NCBI GenBank assembly: GCA_963745235.1
Contig: CAVUXE010000037.1
Coordinates: forward strand, 160,001 to 224,000
Length of the DNA: 64,000 bases
Direction of reading: 5' to 3'
Origin: an uncultured Spirochaetota bacterium
GTDB lineage: Bacteria; Spirochaetota; Spirochaetia; SZUA-6; Fen-1364
The notes beneath the pieces were generated by a model that was not told where the DNA came from, ran no database searches, and was given only the letters and a program-made list of their open reading frames with translations. Positions 41,376 to 51,030 of this stretch are shown in pieces (position 1 is the stretch's first letter; the number at the start of each line of letters is the position of its first letter). The translations under genes and the position numbers were made by a program.

Positions 41376-42985
41376 TCAAAAGACCCGATAGACGAACTCT
41401 CCGCCGACCATTGTTGCGCCCACCGCGGCCCGGTGAATCTCTTCCGCCGGGATAACGAAGATATCCTTTTCCAGTATCGTGAGGTCCGCGAGCTTCCCCG
41501 GCGCAATGGAGCCCAGCTCCGCCTCCCTGCCCGGCCGCATATGCGGCGCCCCGCGTGTACCCGTGCAATGCCTGCTCCACGCTCAGTCTCTGGGCGGGCC
41601 GCCAGCCCTCTGGTCCCGGGCTCCCGTCTGCCCGGCGACGCGTGACTGCCGCATGGATGCCCGCCAGCGGGTCAGGGACCTCCACGGGACAGTCGGACCC
41701 GAAGGCCAGGCGCGCGCCGTTGTCCAGGAGAGCCTTCCATGCGTACGCGGTTTCGCATCGAGATCCCCAGTGACGCTCCGCGATGAGCATGTCCGATGTT
41801 GCGTGAAGGGGCTGCATGGACGCTATGACCGAAAGACGAGCAAACCGGGGGAGGTCATCCGGGTGCAGGAGCTGGGCGTGCTCGATGCGGTTCCTGATGG
41901 CGCTCCCGCTTTCCGACTCGGGACCCCGGCGTGCTGCGGCGCGCCCGTACGCGTTCAGCACCACGTGGCACGCGGCGTCTCCGATGGCATGAACGGCGCA
42001 CGCCAGCCCTGCCGCGTTGGCGCGAAGGATGTCTTCGAAGAGCTGCTCCTCGCCCAGCGTCGGGATGCCGGTCGACCAGCTGCCCTCGTAGGGAGCGATC
42101 ATCCAGGCCGTCTGCGGCCCCAAGGCGCCATCCGCAAACATCTTCACGGCCCCCAGGCGCAGCATGTCATCACCGAAGCCCGTGCGGATCCCGAGCGCGA
42201 TCGCTTGAGAAAGCATCTCATGGGGAATGCCCTTGACCACGCGCAGGGAAAGCTCACCGGCCGCGCGCAGCTCCTGCAAGGCCTCGAAGGCAAGCACCCT
42301 GTCGAAGTCATGTATTCCCGTGAGCCCCCGGCGGTGAGCCTCGGTTTGAGCCCGGCGCATCATGCGGGCCAGCTCGCCGGCGGACGGACGGGGGATGACG
42401 GCCTGCACGAGCCGCATGGCGTTTTCCAGCAGTATTCCCGAGGGCACGCCGGTCCCGTCGTGAACAATCTTGCCGCCCTCCGGGTCAGCCGTGTCCAGGC
42501 GTATCCCCGCCTTCTGGAGGGCCAGCGAATTGACCCACAGCGCGTGCCCGCTCTTTGCCTCCAGCATCACGGGGTTGCGGGGGGCGGCCTCGTCCAGGGA
42601 GAGCCTGTCAGGGAGCCCGCCGGTCCCCCAGACGTTGTGGTTCCATCCTGATCCCGTGATCCACGTCCCCGGCTTGAGCTCCGCTGCCCGCGTGCGCACC
42701 CGGGCGAGGGCCTCCGACAGGGTGGCGGTCTCCGCGTCGACTCCCTCCAGGGATTGGGCGTACCACATGAAGTGCAGGTGGCTGTCCGTCAGGCCCGGCA
42801 GCGCGCACCGGCCTCCGAGGTCGACCTCCTGCACGAGGCCCGTTCCCGCAAGGGCGGAGCGCGCGCCGGCTTCATCCCCGACATGAAGGAAGCGGCCGTC
42901 GCGGATTGCCACGGCCGAGGCCGTCAGGCGCACGAGGCTCCATGGTGTGGAAGGCACCATTGAAAAGAAGGAGGTTTCTGCTCAC
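41376..42985 (-). CDS. Amidohydrolase 3 (YtcJ-like) (+1 frameshifts near 42925 and 41532)
   Basis: PGLTDSHLH, KMFADG, HAIGD, RIEHAQ and FGSDCP motifs. Corrected ends: N-terminal VSRNLLLFNGAFHTM, C-terminal GSIAPGKLADL...ATMVGGEFVY. Confidence 0.87.
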
Positions 42986-43003
42986 GGAGGGAAGCGCTTC
43001 GAC

Positions 43004-44116
43004 CTACAGCGGGTATTCGTAGACCCGGTACTTGCGGTAGGCCTTGCCTCCCAGCTTCAATGCCGTGTTGGTCATGTTCACGTTGTCCTCTTCCACCCAG
43101 GACATCTCAGCGGACACGTACCCCTTGGGGACTCCGTTCTTGTAGCTGTAGTAATAGAAGGCAAGGTCGATTCCCCGGTTCCTGTGATCCTTGAGAACCC
43201 CCATGCTGATGGTGCGCACGAGGGGGGTCTTCTTCTTGGCCGTGAGCAGGTGGAAGATCCCGAAGGGCAGGAGATGGCCGTGGGCGGCCTTGAACCCGAC
43301 ATTGAAGTCCGGCATGGTCAGCGACACGCCCACGGGCTTTCCGTCGACTTCCGCAAAGAACACGAGGTCCGGATCAACGGCCATCTTCAGGTCATTCGCC
43401 ATGAGCTCGATCTCCGCCGGGGTCATGGGAGTAAACACCGCGTTGATCTGCTCGAACTGGTTGTACAGCTCGTTGAAGCGCTTGATCTCGTTGTTGTAGT
43501 CCTTCATGTTCAGCGTGCGGAGCTTGAATCCCCCCTTCGCCTCCACCCGCGGCATTATCTTGGCCAGACGCTCAGGGATCTCGGGGTTGTCCATCAGCCA
43601 GGCAACGAGGTCCTTCCATTTGCGGTTTCCGTAGTTCTGGATGAGGCGGTCGTAGTATGTGGGGTTGTATGGCATGAGGAGGACGGGAGAGCCCTCGAAA
43701 CCCTCTATCTGGCAGCCGATCAGGTCGTTCGCGTTCGGAGACATGGGCCCGATGATGCGGACGCATCCCCGCTTGCGCGCCCAGTCGAACGCCGCCTCGA
43801 AGAGAGCCTTGGCCACCTCGGGATCATCCACGCACTCGAACCATCCCCAGTAGGCAGCCTTCTCATGGTGGGTCTTTTCCCAGATGGAGTCATGGATTGC
43901 CGCGATCCTGCCGACCACGGCGCCGTCCCTGCGGGCCAGGAAGAACTCTGCCTCCGCGTGCTGGTAGAAGGGATGCTTCTTGCGGTTGACTTTCTTGTAA
44001 TCGTCCATGAGGAGCGCGGGGACCCAGTTCTTGTCGTTCTTGTACAGGGCGTAGGGGAACTTTATGAACTCCCGTGTCTGCTTTTTCGTGACGACATGCT
44101 CGACAGTGACTGCCAT
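43004..44116 (-). CDS. GNAT-fold acyltransferase (YghO / bacterial ceramide synthase-like family)
   Basis: FIKFPYALY..D.NWVP, HPF, GRIAA, GWFECVDD, IGPM, MPYNP.YY, EMSWVEEDN and YRVYE motifs. Confidence 0.75.
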   Translation of the reverse strand: MAVTVEHVVTKKQTREFIKFPYALYKNDKNWVPALLMDDYKKVNRKKHPFYQHAEAEFFLARRDGAVVGRIAAIHDSIWEKTHHEKAAYWGWFECVDDPEVAKALFEAAFDWARKRGCVRIIGPMSPNANDLIGCQIEGFEGSPVLLMPYNPTYYDRLIQNYGNRKWKDLVAWLMDNPEIPERLAKIMPRVEAKGGFKLRTLNMKDYNNEIKRFNELYNQFEQINAVFTPMTPAEIELMANDLKMAVDPDLVFFAEVDGKPVGVSLTMPDFNVGFKAAHGHLLPFGIFHLLTAKKKTPLVRTISMGVLKDHRNRGIDLAFYYYSYKNGVPKGYVSAEMSWVEEDNVNMTNTALKLGGKAYRKYRVYEYPL

Positions 44117-44290
44117 GGGCGCGCCTCTCTTCGCAGATGGATGATATGTGCTACAGTAGGACGTGTTCATCGCCCTGTCAAGTGAGCGCGTGTGGCGGAG
44201 TGTGGCGGAGGCACAGCGGGCGCAGTCGAGGTGAGCTTTTCGCCATGATATATGTTGGGTGCGGAAAAAGTATTGTGTACAATGAAGGCA

Positions 44291-45121
44291 ATGGAAATCG
44301 GTAAGGGCGAATCAAAAAGGCAGGTCAAGAAACGACCCCGGGGGAGTCTGCCGCCGGCCCGGGGCAGGTGGGAGGGACGGAGGCTCCCCAGTCCGCGCGC
44401 GTTCTTCTGGATACTCGCGGCCGGGACCATCGTCCTTGCTGGGCTCCTCGGGCTTGCCTTCAGCGCACTCGCGTTCGGCGGCCTGCGCCCGGAGTTTCTC
44501 CTGGGGTGGCTGGTGGTCGCCGGCGTGACGGCGGCGGCGGCTTCCCTGGCGGCGGCCGGCCTGCTCGGGCTCGCGCTGGAAAGACAGAAGAGCCTGGAGC
44601 ATTTTGCAACGGTGGACGAGCTGACGGGCGCCCCCAACAGGAGGATCTTCGCCGCCCAGCTGGACAGCGAGGTGGACAGGTGCAGCCGCCTGGCAAGCGC
44701 GCTGTGCGTGGTGTTCATCGACATCGACTTCTTCAAGCGGATCAACGATGACTACGGCCACCAGGTCGGGGATGGCGTGCTGAAAGAGATCTATGCCCGC
44801 CTGGAAGAGAACCTTCGCCTGTACGACTTCATCGGACGGCTGGGCGGGGACGAGTTCGTCATGGCCCTTCCGGGAACGGACGCGCAGACCGCTTTTGGGG
44901 TGGCGGAGCGTCTCCGGGAATCCGTTCAGAACGACGCCGTGAGAGACCTGCCCCGGGTCACCGTCAGCCTTGGGGTGGCTGAGCTTGCCCCGGGCATGAG
45001 CGCTGACCAGCTTGTGCGCTGCGCGGATATGGCGTTGTACACGGCAAAGAACAACGGAAGAAACAGGACGGAAATCTACCAGCCGGCCCCCGCGGCCGGT
45101 CACTCCCCGTCGCAGATGTAG
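44291..45121 (+). CDS. Membrane-anchored GGDEF diguanylate cyclase
   Basis: Two TM helices; DELTGAPNRR, DIDFFKRINDDYGH and RLGGDEF motifs. Confidence 0.9.
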   Translation: MEIGKGESKRQVKKRPRGSLPPARGRWEGRRLPSPRAFFWILAAGTIVLAGLLGLAFSALAFGGLRPEFLLGWLVVAGVTAAAASLAAAGLLGLALERQKSLEHFATVDELTGAPNRRIFAAQLDSEVDRCSRLASALCVVFIDIDFFKRINDDYGHQVGDGVLKEIYARLEENLRLYDFIGRLGGDEFVMALPGTDAQTAFGVAERLRESVQNDAVRDLPRVTVSLGVAELAPGMSADQLVRCADMALYTAKNNGRNRTEIYQPAPAAGHSPSQM

Positions 45122-45411
45122 CCGTTCTTCTCCAGGTATTCGAAGACCAGCGCCACGATCTTCTCCCGCCGGGCCAGGGGAATCATTATGTCGAGGTTGG
45201 CCAGGGAATCCAGGGCGTTGACGCAGGTGTAGTAGCTGATCTCGCTCTCCGGCGCGTTCCAGATTTCGCCAATGATCCTGTCGATTTCGTCCGAAATGAA
45301 ATCAGGCAGGGGAAAGCCAAGACGCGGCACGACATACTGCCATACCTTCGCCGCATCGATATTGGCCGAGTTGCCGCGCCTGCCCCTGTGGAAATGCAAG
45401 ATGCGCGCCAT
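45100..45411 (-). CDS. Hypothetical protein (103 aa)
   Basis: Protein-like composition; fills the gap between the GGDEF and ankyrin genes; no recognisable domain. Confidence 0.6.
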   Translation of the reverse strand: MARILHFHRGRRGNSANIDAAKVWQYVVPRLGFPLPDFISDEIDRIIGEIWNAPESEISYYTCVNALDSLANLDIMIPLARREKIVALVFEYLEKNGYICDGE

Positions 45412-45501
45412 CGGAGTCCCCCGCGACCATTCTCACTCGGATGAATCCCTCCGCGCAAGAGGTGAGGCGCGGAAAGGCCGCCGGTGAGCCGGCGCGTTCC
45501 T

Positions 45502-46245
45502 CTACTTCCCGCGCCTGAGCACCTGCGGCACCGATGTGCCTGCCAGGTTCGCGTTGGCCTTCGCATAGTCCGCGGCGGTGAGCCCGGCGGCGGACTTCAG
45601 GCTTCGGTCCGCGCCCGCAATCAGGAGCGCTGAGACGACCTCCGGGCTCGTCGTGTACTGGGCCGCGTACATGAGGGCCGTTTTCCCCCCGGGGCCGCGC
45701 TCATTCACGCGGGCGCCTGCTGCCACGAGGGTGGAAATCATGTGCCTGTCTTCGTTGAGCATGGCGGCGAGCATCAACGGCGTCATACCATCCGAGTTGC
45801 GCGCGTTGACATCAGCGCCTTTGGACAACAGGAGAGCGGCCACCCGGGGATTGGAGTTGTGCGCCGCAGCCGCCATGAGCGGCGTCTCTCCTTCCTTCGA
45901 TGCCGCGTCCACCGACGCCCCGGCGGAGAGAAGGGCAGAGACGACCTCCGGTCGGGTGTTGGAGCGGCCGGCGAGCAGGAGGGCTGACTGGCCCTTGCCG
46001 TCCGACTCATTCACCCTTGCCCCCGCCGCAACGAGGGCGGAGATCACGCGGGGGTCCATGGTGAGCCCGGCGGCATGCATGAGAGGCGTCCACCCGTTTG
46101 CGTCCTTCTGGTTGGCGCCCGCACCCTGGGCAAGGGCGGCCCGCAGCTGGGCAGGCGTGCCATGCTCCGCAAGGCTGAAGATGTCGTCCGCGGCCAGTGC
46201 TGCGACAGGGAGCAGCAGGATCATTATCACTACCGCTTTTTTCAT
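45502..46245 (-). CDS. Secreted ankyrin-repeat protein
   Basis: Signal peptide MKKAVVIMILLLPVAALA; five or six GxTPLMxAA...LLxAGA repeats; GGAGG RBS. Confidence 0.9.
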   Translation of the reverse strand: MKKAVVIMILLLPVAALAADDIFSLAEHGTPAQLRAALAQGAGANQKDANGWTPLMHAAGLTMDPRVISALVAAGARVNESDGKGQSALLLAGRSNTRPEVVSALLSAGASVDAASKEGETPLMAAAAHNSNPRVAALLLSKGADVNARNSDGMTPLMLAAMLNEDRHMISTLVAAGARVNERGPGGKTALMYAAQYTTSPEVVSALLIAGADRSLKSAAGLTAADYAKANANLAGTSVPQVLRRGK

Positions 46246-46338
46246 TCCCCCTCCACGCACCACGAAGAAAGTATACTGCATCCCGGCTCGCATCGCCATG
46301 CACCGCTCGTCTCGATTCTTTGATTATATTAGGAACCG

Positions 46339-47091
46339 ATGAGAGGCCAGGATCAGCTGCTGGGAAGCCGCACGCGCGTCGCCTCCCGCTATGCAGTCCT
46401 TCCCCGGGAGGGCATCCCGTTCTCCCGGCTGCCCGAGTGGCCGCAGGCGCAGGTGCGCGTGCTCGCCGGACCGGCGTTAGGCGCCGGCTTTGTCGAATAC
46501 CTCCTGGACCTCGCGGCCGGGGGCTCCGGCGCGCACGCGGCGGACCAGCGGATAGAGTTCTTCCTCTACGTCCTTTCCGGAGGGGTGACACTGAGCATGG
46601 ACGGCCGCCACCATGACCTGGCCGCGGGGGGGTACGCTTTCATCTCACCGACAAGCGACTTCCGGGCGCTGGCCCGGGACGCGACGAGCCTCCTCATGCT
46701 GCGAAAACAATACCAGGAGGCCGCCGGGGTTGCTCCGTGCTCGAGCTTCGTGGGCAACCAGGCGGAGGTCCCTTCCTCGGTCTACTACGGTGACCCGGGC
46801 GCCCGGCTGCAGGAGCTGATCCCGAACGATCTGTCCTTCGACATGGCCATGAACATCTTCACCTTCGACACAGGCCACAGCCTTCCGGTGACGGAGACGC
46901 ACGTGATGGAGCACGGATTGTACATGCTCCAGGGGAAGGGCGTGTATTACCTGGGGGATTCATGGATGGAAGTGGAGGCCACTGACTTCATCTGGATGGG
47001 ACCTTTCTGCCCGCAGAGCTACTACGCGACCGGCCCCGTGGCCTCCCGGTACATCTACTACAAGAACGTGAACAGAGAGATTCCGTTGTAA
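46339..47091 (+). CDS. allE: (S)-ureidoglycine aminohydrolase (bicupin)
   Basis: ETHVMEHGLYMLQG, DFIWMGPFCPQ and YIYYKNVNR motifs; first gene of the purine operon. Confidence 0.92.
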   Translation: MRGQDQLLGSRTRVASRYAVLPREGIPFSRLPEWPQAQVRVLAGPALGAGFVEYLLDLAAGGSGAHAADQRIEFFLYVLSGGVTLSMDGRHHDLAAGGYAFISPTSDFRALARDATSLLMLRKQYQEAAGVAPCSSFVGNQAEVPSSVYYGDPGARLQELIPNDLSFDMAMNIFTFDTGHSLPVTETHVMEHGLYMLQGKGVYYLGDSWMEVEATDFIWMGPFCPQSYYATGPVASRYIYYKNVNREIPL

Positions 47092-47101
47092 AGGGGACCC
47101 C

Positions 47102-48082
47102 ATGGAAAAGATCTATCGCGATGCCGACGTTGACATGAGCATCCTGAAGAACAAGACCATTGCCGTGATCGGCTACGGGATCCAGGGCAAGGTGCAGGCA
47201 GCCAACGCCCGGGACAGCGGCTGCACCGTGATCGTCGGCACGAGGCCGCCGGAGCACAGCCCGTCTCGAGGGCAGGCACAGGCGGACGGGTTTCCGGCAA
47301 TGAGCGTCGCGGAGGCGAGCAGGAAGGCGGACATCCTGCTCATCGAGCTGGCAGACCCTGCCCAGCCCGCGGTCTACTCCTCGGATATCGCCCCGCACCT
47401 GCGCGCCGGCCAGACCTTGTGCTTCTGCCATGGCTTCAACGTCCTCTACGGCGCCATCCGGCCCCCGGAGAACGTGAACACGGTGCTCTTCGTGCCCAAC
47501 GCGCCCGGGGCTTTCGTACGGGAGAAGTACAAGAAGGGTGAAGGCGTCTACGGGTGCGTCAGCGTCGAGCACGACGCCACGGGGGATGCCCGGCAGATCG
47601 TCCTGGCAATTGCCAAGGCCGTCGGTTCCACGCGCGCGGGCGTCGTGGAGCTTTCGTTCCAGCACGAGACCGAGGGGGACAACTTCGAGGAGCAGATCCT
47701 GTACGGCGGGGCCATCCACCTCATGAGGCTGTGCTTCCAGGTCATGGTGGACAATGGCTACCCCCCGAGCTTCGCCTACGCGAAGGCGGTGCGCTCGCTG
47801 CGCAGCGTCCTGGATGTCATGGATGAGAACGGGATTGAGAGCTACCTGACCACCCGCAGCAGCCGCACCTGCGAGTTCGCCGTGCGCACCCGGGGCCCGC
47901 GCGTCATCAACGAGGAAGCCGTGCGGCAGATCTTCCAGGAAACGGAGAAGGGGCTCTTCGCGCGGGACTGGATGCAGGAATGGGCGCTGGGAATGCCGCA
48001 GCTCCACCGGCTGCGCAGGACGGCCGCTGAGAGCGCAATGGAAAAAACGGGGACCCAATGGCGCAGGGATTTCGGGAAATGA
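47102..48082 (+). CDS. Ketol-acid reductoisomerase (IlvC)-like oxidoreductase with altered active site
   Basis: KARI class I fold (IAVIGYGxQG, RDSG, HGFN, RAGVVE, GPRVI) with substituted catalytic positions; stop overlaps the allC start (ATGA). Confidence 0.85.
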   Translation: MEKIYRDADVDMSILKNKTIAVIGYGIQGKVQAANARDSGCTVIVGTRPPEHSPSRGQAQADGFPAMSVAEASRKADILLIELADPAQPAVYSSDIAPHLRAGQTLCFCHGFNVLYGAIRPPENVNTVLFVPNAPGAFVREKYKKGEGVYGCVSVEHDATGDARQIVLAIAKAVGSTRAGVVELSFQHETEGDNFEEQILYGGAIHLMRLCFQVMVDNGYPPSFAYAKAVRSLRSVLDVMDENGIESYLTTRSSRTCEFAVRTRGPRVINEEAVRQIFQETEKGLFARDWMQEWALGMPQLHRLRRTAAESAMEKTGTQWRRDFGK

Positions 48083-49311
48083 CCTCCTCGGCGCCCGCCG
48101 TGGACGGCAGGCGCATTGCCCGGGACATCGAGACGATTGGCGGCTTCACTGAACAGGACCCGAAGATCGGCCACAGCCGGCCCACTTTTTCTCCCGCGTG
48201 GAGAAAGGCGCGTGACTACGCGGCGCGGGAAGCCGAGGCGGCCGGCTGCGTGGCGCGGGTGGATGCCGCGGGCAATCTCCATGCCCGTCCCGCCGGGCTG
48301 GATTGGGAAACCCCCGCATGGCTGTGCGGCTCGCACGTGGACTCTGTCCCGACGGGCGGCAAGTACGATGGCGTGGTGGGCGTGGCGGTCGCCCTGGAGG
48401 TGCTTCGCGCGGTTCCGCGAGCGGCCGTCGAGCTGATCGTGTTCGCCGAGGAGGAAGGCACCACCTTCAGCCTCGGCATGCTGGGAAGCCGAGCCTGGGT
48501 GGGGACGCTGGGGCCGTCGGAGCTTCGCTCCCTTCGCAACGCGGAGGGAAAGGACTACCTCAGCGCCGGGGCGGACCACGGCGTGGACATCGGCCGGCTG
48601 GAAGCCGAGCGGTTTCCGGCCGAAAGGTACCGCGGGCTGGTGGAAGTGCACGTGGAGCAGGGGCCATCCCTCTGGAAATCAGGGGAGCCCCTGGCCGTGG
48701 TGACGGCCATCAACGGTCGCCGCCAGTACCTGTGCACGCTCACGGGTGCCGCGAACCACGCGGGCTCGACGAAAATGGCGGACCGCAATGATGCCCTTGC
48801 GGGGGCGGCGCAGGGCATGACGTTCCTGGAGTCAGTGGGCCGTGAGCTGGACAGGGAGGCCGAGCACACGGTGATCACCGTCGGGCGGCTGGAGGTGCAC
48901 CCGAATGCCCTCAATGTGATCCCCGGGCGCGTGCGGTTCAGCATCGACTTTCGCTCTCCGGTGGACGCCCTCCTCCAGAGCGGTGAGGAAAGGCTTCGGG
49001 CGCAGCTCCTGCAGATTGCCTCCGCCCGGGGGCTGGACATAGAGATCGTGTGCACGGAGCAGCTTCCGGTCGTCCCCATGGACCGCAGGATGTGCGACAT
49101 GCTCCGAGACGCGGCGCGGCGGCTGGACCTAAGGCTTCCCGACGTGAAAAGCGGCGCCCTTCACGACACCGCCATCGTGGCGCCTTTCCTCCCTTCGGTG
49201 ATGCTCTTCGTGGCCAGCAGAGACGGGATCAGCCACAACCCGGCTGAGTTCAGCCGCATCGAGCACATTGCCCAGGCGGCAAGGGTCCTGGTGGAGGCCT
49301 TTCGCGCATGA
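48079..49311 (+). CDS. allC: Allantoate amidohydrolase (M20)
   Basis: GSHVDSVPTGGKYDG, EEEG, EVHVEQG, NHAG, SGALHD and GISHNPAE motifs; context. Confidence 0.85.
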   Translation: MTSSAPAVDGRRIARDIETIGGFTEQDPKIGHSRPTFSPAWRKARDYAAREAEAAGCVARVDAAGNLHARPAGLDWETPAWLCGSHVDSVPTGGKYDGVVGVAVALEVLRAVPRAAVELIVFAEEEGTTFSLGMLGSRAWVGTLGPSELRSLRNAEGKDYLSAGADHGVDIGRLEAERFPAERYRGLVEVHVEQGPSLWKSGEPLAVVTAINGRRQYLCTLTGAANHAGSTKMADRNDALAGAAQGMTFLESVGRELDREAEHTVITVGRLEVHPNALNVIPGRVRFSIDFRSPVDALLQSGEERLRAQLLQIASARGLDIEIVCTEQLPVVPMDRRMCDMLRDAARRLDLRLPDVKSGALHDTAIVAPFLPSVMLFVASRDGISHNPAEFSRIEHIAQAARVLVEAFRA

Positions 49312-49832
49312 GCGGAGGACCCGTGGCTCTTGCGAAGCTCAACACCGAGACCCTCGAGGGGTTCCTCAGCGCGTGCGGGTCGCTCTTCGAGCGCTCCCCC
49401 TGGGTTGCGGCGCGAACGTGGCGCCGCAGGCCCTTCGCGTCACTGGAGGCGCTTCACGGGGAGCTTGTGTCCACGATGGAGAACGCGTCCGCGGAGGAGA
49501 AGGTGTCTCTGATCCGCTCCCACCCCGACCTGGTCGGGCGCATTGCGGAGGCCGCGGGCTTGAGTGAAATATCCGCTCGGGAACAGGCCGCCGCGGGACT
49601 GGACTCCCTGTCAGCGGAGGAAGTCACGCTGTTCAGGGCCTACAACAGGGAATATCGCGACACGTTCGGTTTCCCGTTCGTCATTTGCGCTCGGGAGAAC
49701 AGGAAGGAGGCGATCCTGCGGGCTTTCCCCGAGCGGCTGGGCCACACGCGGGAGCAGGAGATCGTCGCCGCTCTCGCCGAGATCGCGAAGATCGCCTGGC
49801 TGCGCCTGCGGGACGCGGTCACGGAGGCTTAG
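49308..49832 (+). CDS. uraD: OHCU decarboxylase
   Basis: FERSPW, HPDL, SAREQ, FGFPFVICAR and IAWLRL motifs. Confidence 0.93.
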   Translation: MSGGPVALAKLNTETLEGFLSACGSLFERSPWVAARTWRRRPFASLEALHGELVSTMENASAEEKVSLIRSHPDLVGRIAEAAGLSEISAREQAAAGLDSLSAEEVTLFRAYNREYRDTFGFPFVICARENRKEAILRAFPERLGHTREQEIVAALAEIAKIAWLRLRDAVTEA

Positions 49833-50690
49833 ATGGTCCGACTCCAGGAAAACAGCTACGGCAAGAGCGACGTTCGGTTGACCAAGGTCGTCCGCAAAGG
49901 GGAGACGCACATCCTGCTTGAGCTCACGGTGCAGATCATGCTGGGCGGGTCGTTCGAGCGCATCTACACGGACGGAGACAATGCCTCCTGCATTCCGACC
50001 GATACAATGAAGAACACCGTCTACGCTCTGGCGCGGAAGAACGACTTCGATTCCCCGGAAGCCTTTGGCGGAATCCTTGCCCGGCACTTCCTCCAGTTCG
50101 CGCAAGTGGCGTGGGCGGAGGTGACCATAGAGCAGGAGCCCTGGGTGCGCATCCCGGTGGACGGCTCGCCGCATCCCCACTCATTCACCCGCGGCGGAAG
50201 CTGCACCCGGCTGTGCACGGTGCGGCTGGACCGGGGCGGCGAGCCGGTGGTCAGCGGCGGCCTGAGGGGGCTGGAGGTCATCAAGACGACCAGATCCGGC
50301 TTCGCGGGATTCTTCAGGGACCCCTACACGACCCTTGCCGACACCACGGACCGGATTTTCGCCACGCGGATAGATGCGACGTGGAAGTACGTTCCGGGCA
50401 TTTCATCGTACGCGGAGGTCTTCGAGACGGCGCGCTCCGCGCTGCTGGAGGCGTTCGCCCGGCATGACAGCGCGAGCGTGCAGCAGACAATCTTTGCCAT
50501 CGGGGAAGCGCTGCTGGAACGCCTGCCGCGGATCGCTTCCGTCAGCATCACGATGCCGAACCAGCACCGGCTCCTTGTGAACCTCAAGCAGTTCGACATG
50601 GACAATCCCAACGAGATCTTCGTGGCCACGCGCGAGCCGTACGGCCTCATCAAAGGGACAGTTGCGAGGGATGGAAAATGGGAAGGTTGA
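49833..50690 (+). CDS. pucL: Cofactor-independent urate oxidase (uricase)
   Basis: YGKSDVR, PTDTMKNT, KTTRSGF..F.RD.YTTL...DRIF, SVQ and MPNQH motifs. Confidence 0.94.
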   Translation: MVRLQENSYGKSDVRLTKVVRKGETHILLELTVQIMLGGSFERIYTDGDNASCIPTDTMKNTVYALARKNDFDSPEAFGGILARHFLQFAQVAWAEVTIEQEPWVRIPVDGSPHPHSFTRGGSCTRLCTVRLDRGGEPVVSGGLRGLEVIKTTRSGFAGFFRDPYTTLADTTDRIFATRIDATWKYVPGISSYAEVFETARSALLEAFARHDSASVQQTIFAIGEALLERLPRIASVSITMPNQHRLLVNLKQFDMDNPNEIFVATREPYGLIKGTVARDGKWEG

Positions 50691-51025
50691 CGACTCATGT
50701 CCTTGATACGGCACGGGGCGTGCCGGCCCGCGGCATGCGGATCGAGCTTTTGCGGCAGGAGGACCCGGGGTCACCCCTCCTGAGCGCCTCGACGAACTCG
50801 GACGGCCGGACGGACTCCCCGCTTCTGGAAGGCCCCGGACTGAAGGCGGGCGCCTACCAGCTCGTTTTTCACGTCGGGGATTATTTTCGAAGCCGGGGCG
50901 ATCCGGACGCGGGCCGTTTCCTCGAGGAGGTGCCCGTGGCGTTCGTTGTCGATGATCCAGCCGGGAAGTACCACGTGCCGCTCCTTGTCTCGCCGTGGTC
51001 CTATTCGACCTACCGAGGGAGCTGA
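50678..51025 (+). CDS. uraH: 5-hydroxyisourate hydrolase
   Basis: LTTHVLDT, TNSDGR and YHVPLLVSPWSYSTYRGS signature. Confidence 0.96.
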   Translation: MGRLTTHVLDTARGVPARGMRIELLRQEDPGSPLLSASTNSDGRTDSPLLEGPGLKAGAYQLVFHVGDYFRSRGDPDAGRFLEEVPVAFVVDDPAGKYHVPLLVSPWSYSTYRGS

Positions 51026-51030
51026 GCCGG

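Noticed and set aside
45560-46100. Periodic repeats of about 100 bp
   Set aside because: Ankyrin coding repeats, degenerate at the DNA level; no CRISPR repeat-spacer structure.
47102-48082. Calling this gene the housekeeping ilvC
   Set aside because: Metal-binding glutamates and several invariant KARI residues are substituted, and the context is purine catabolism.
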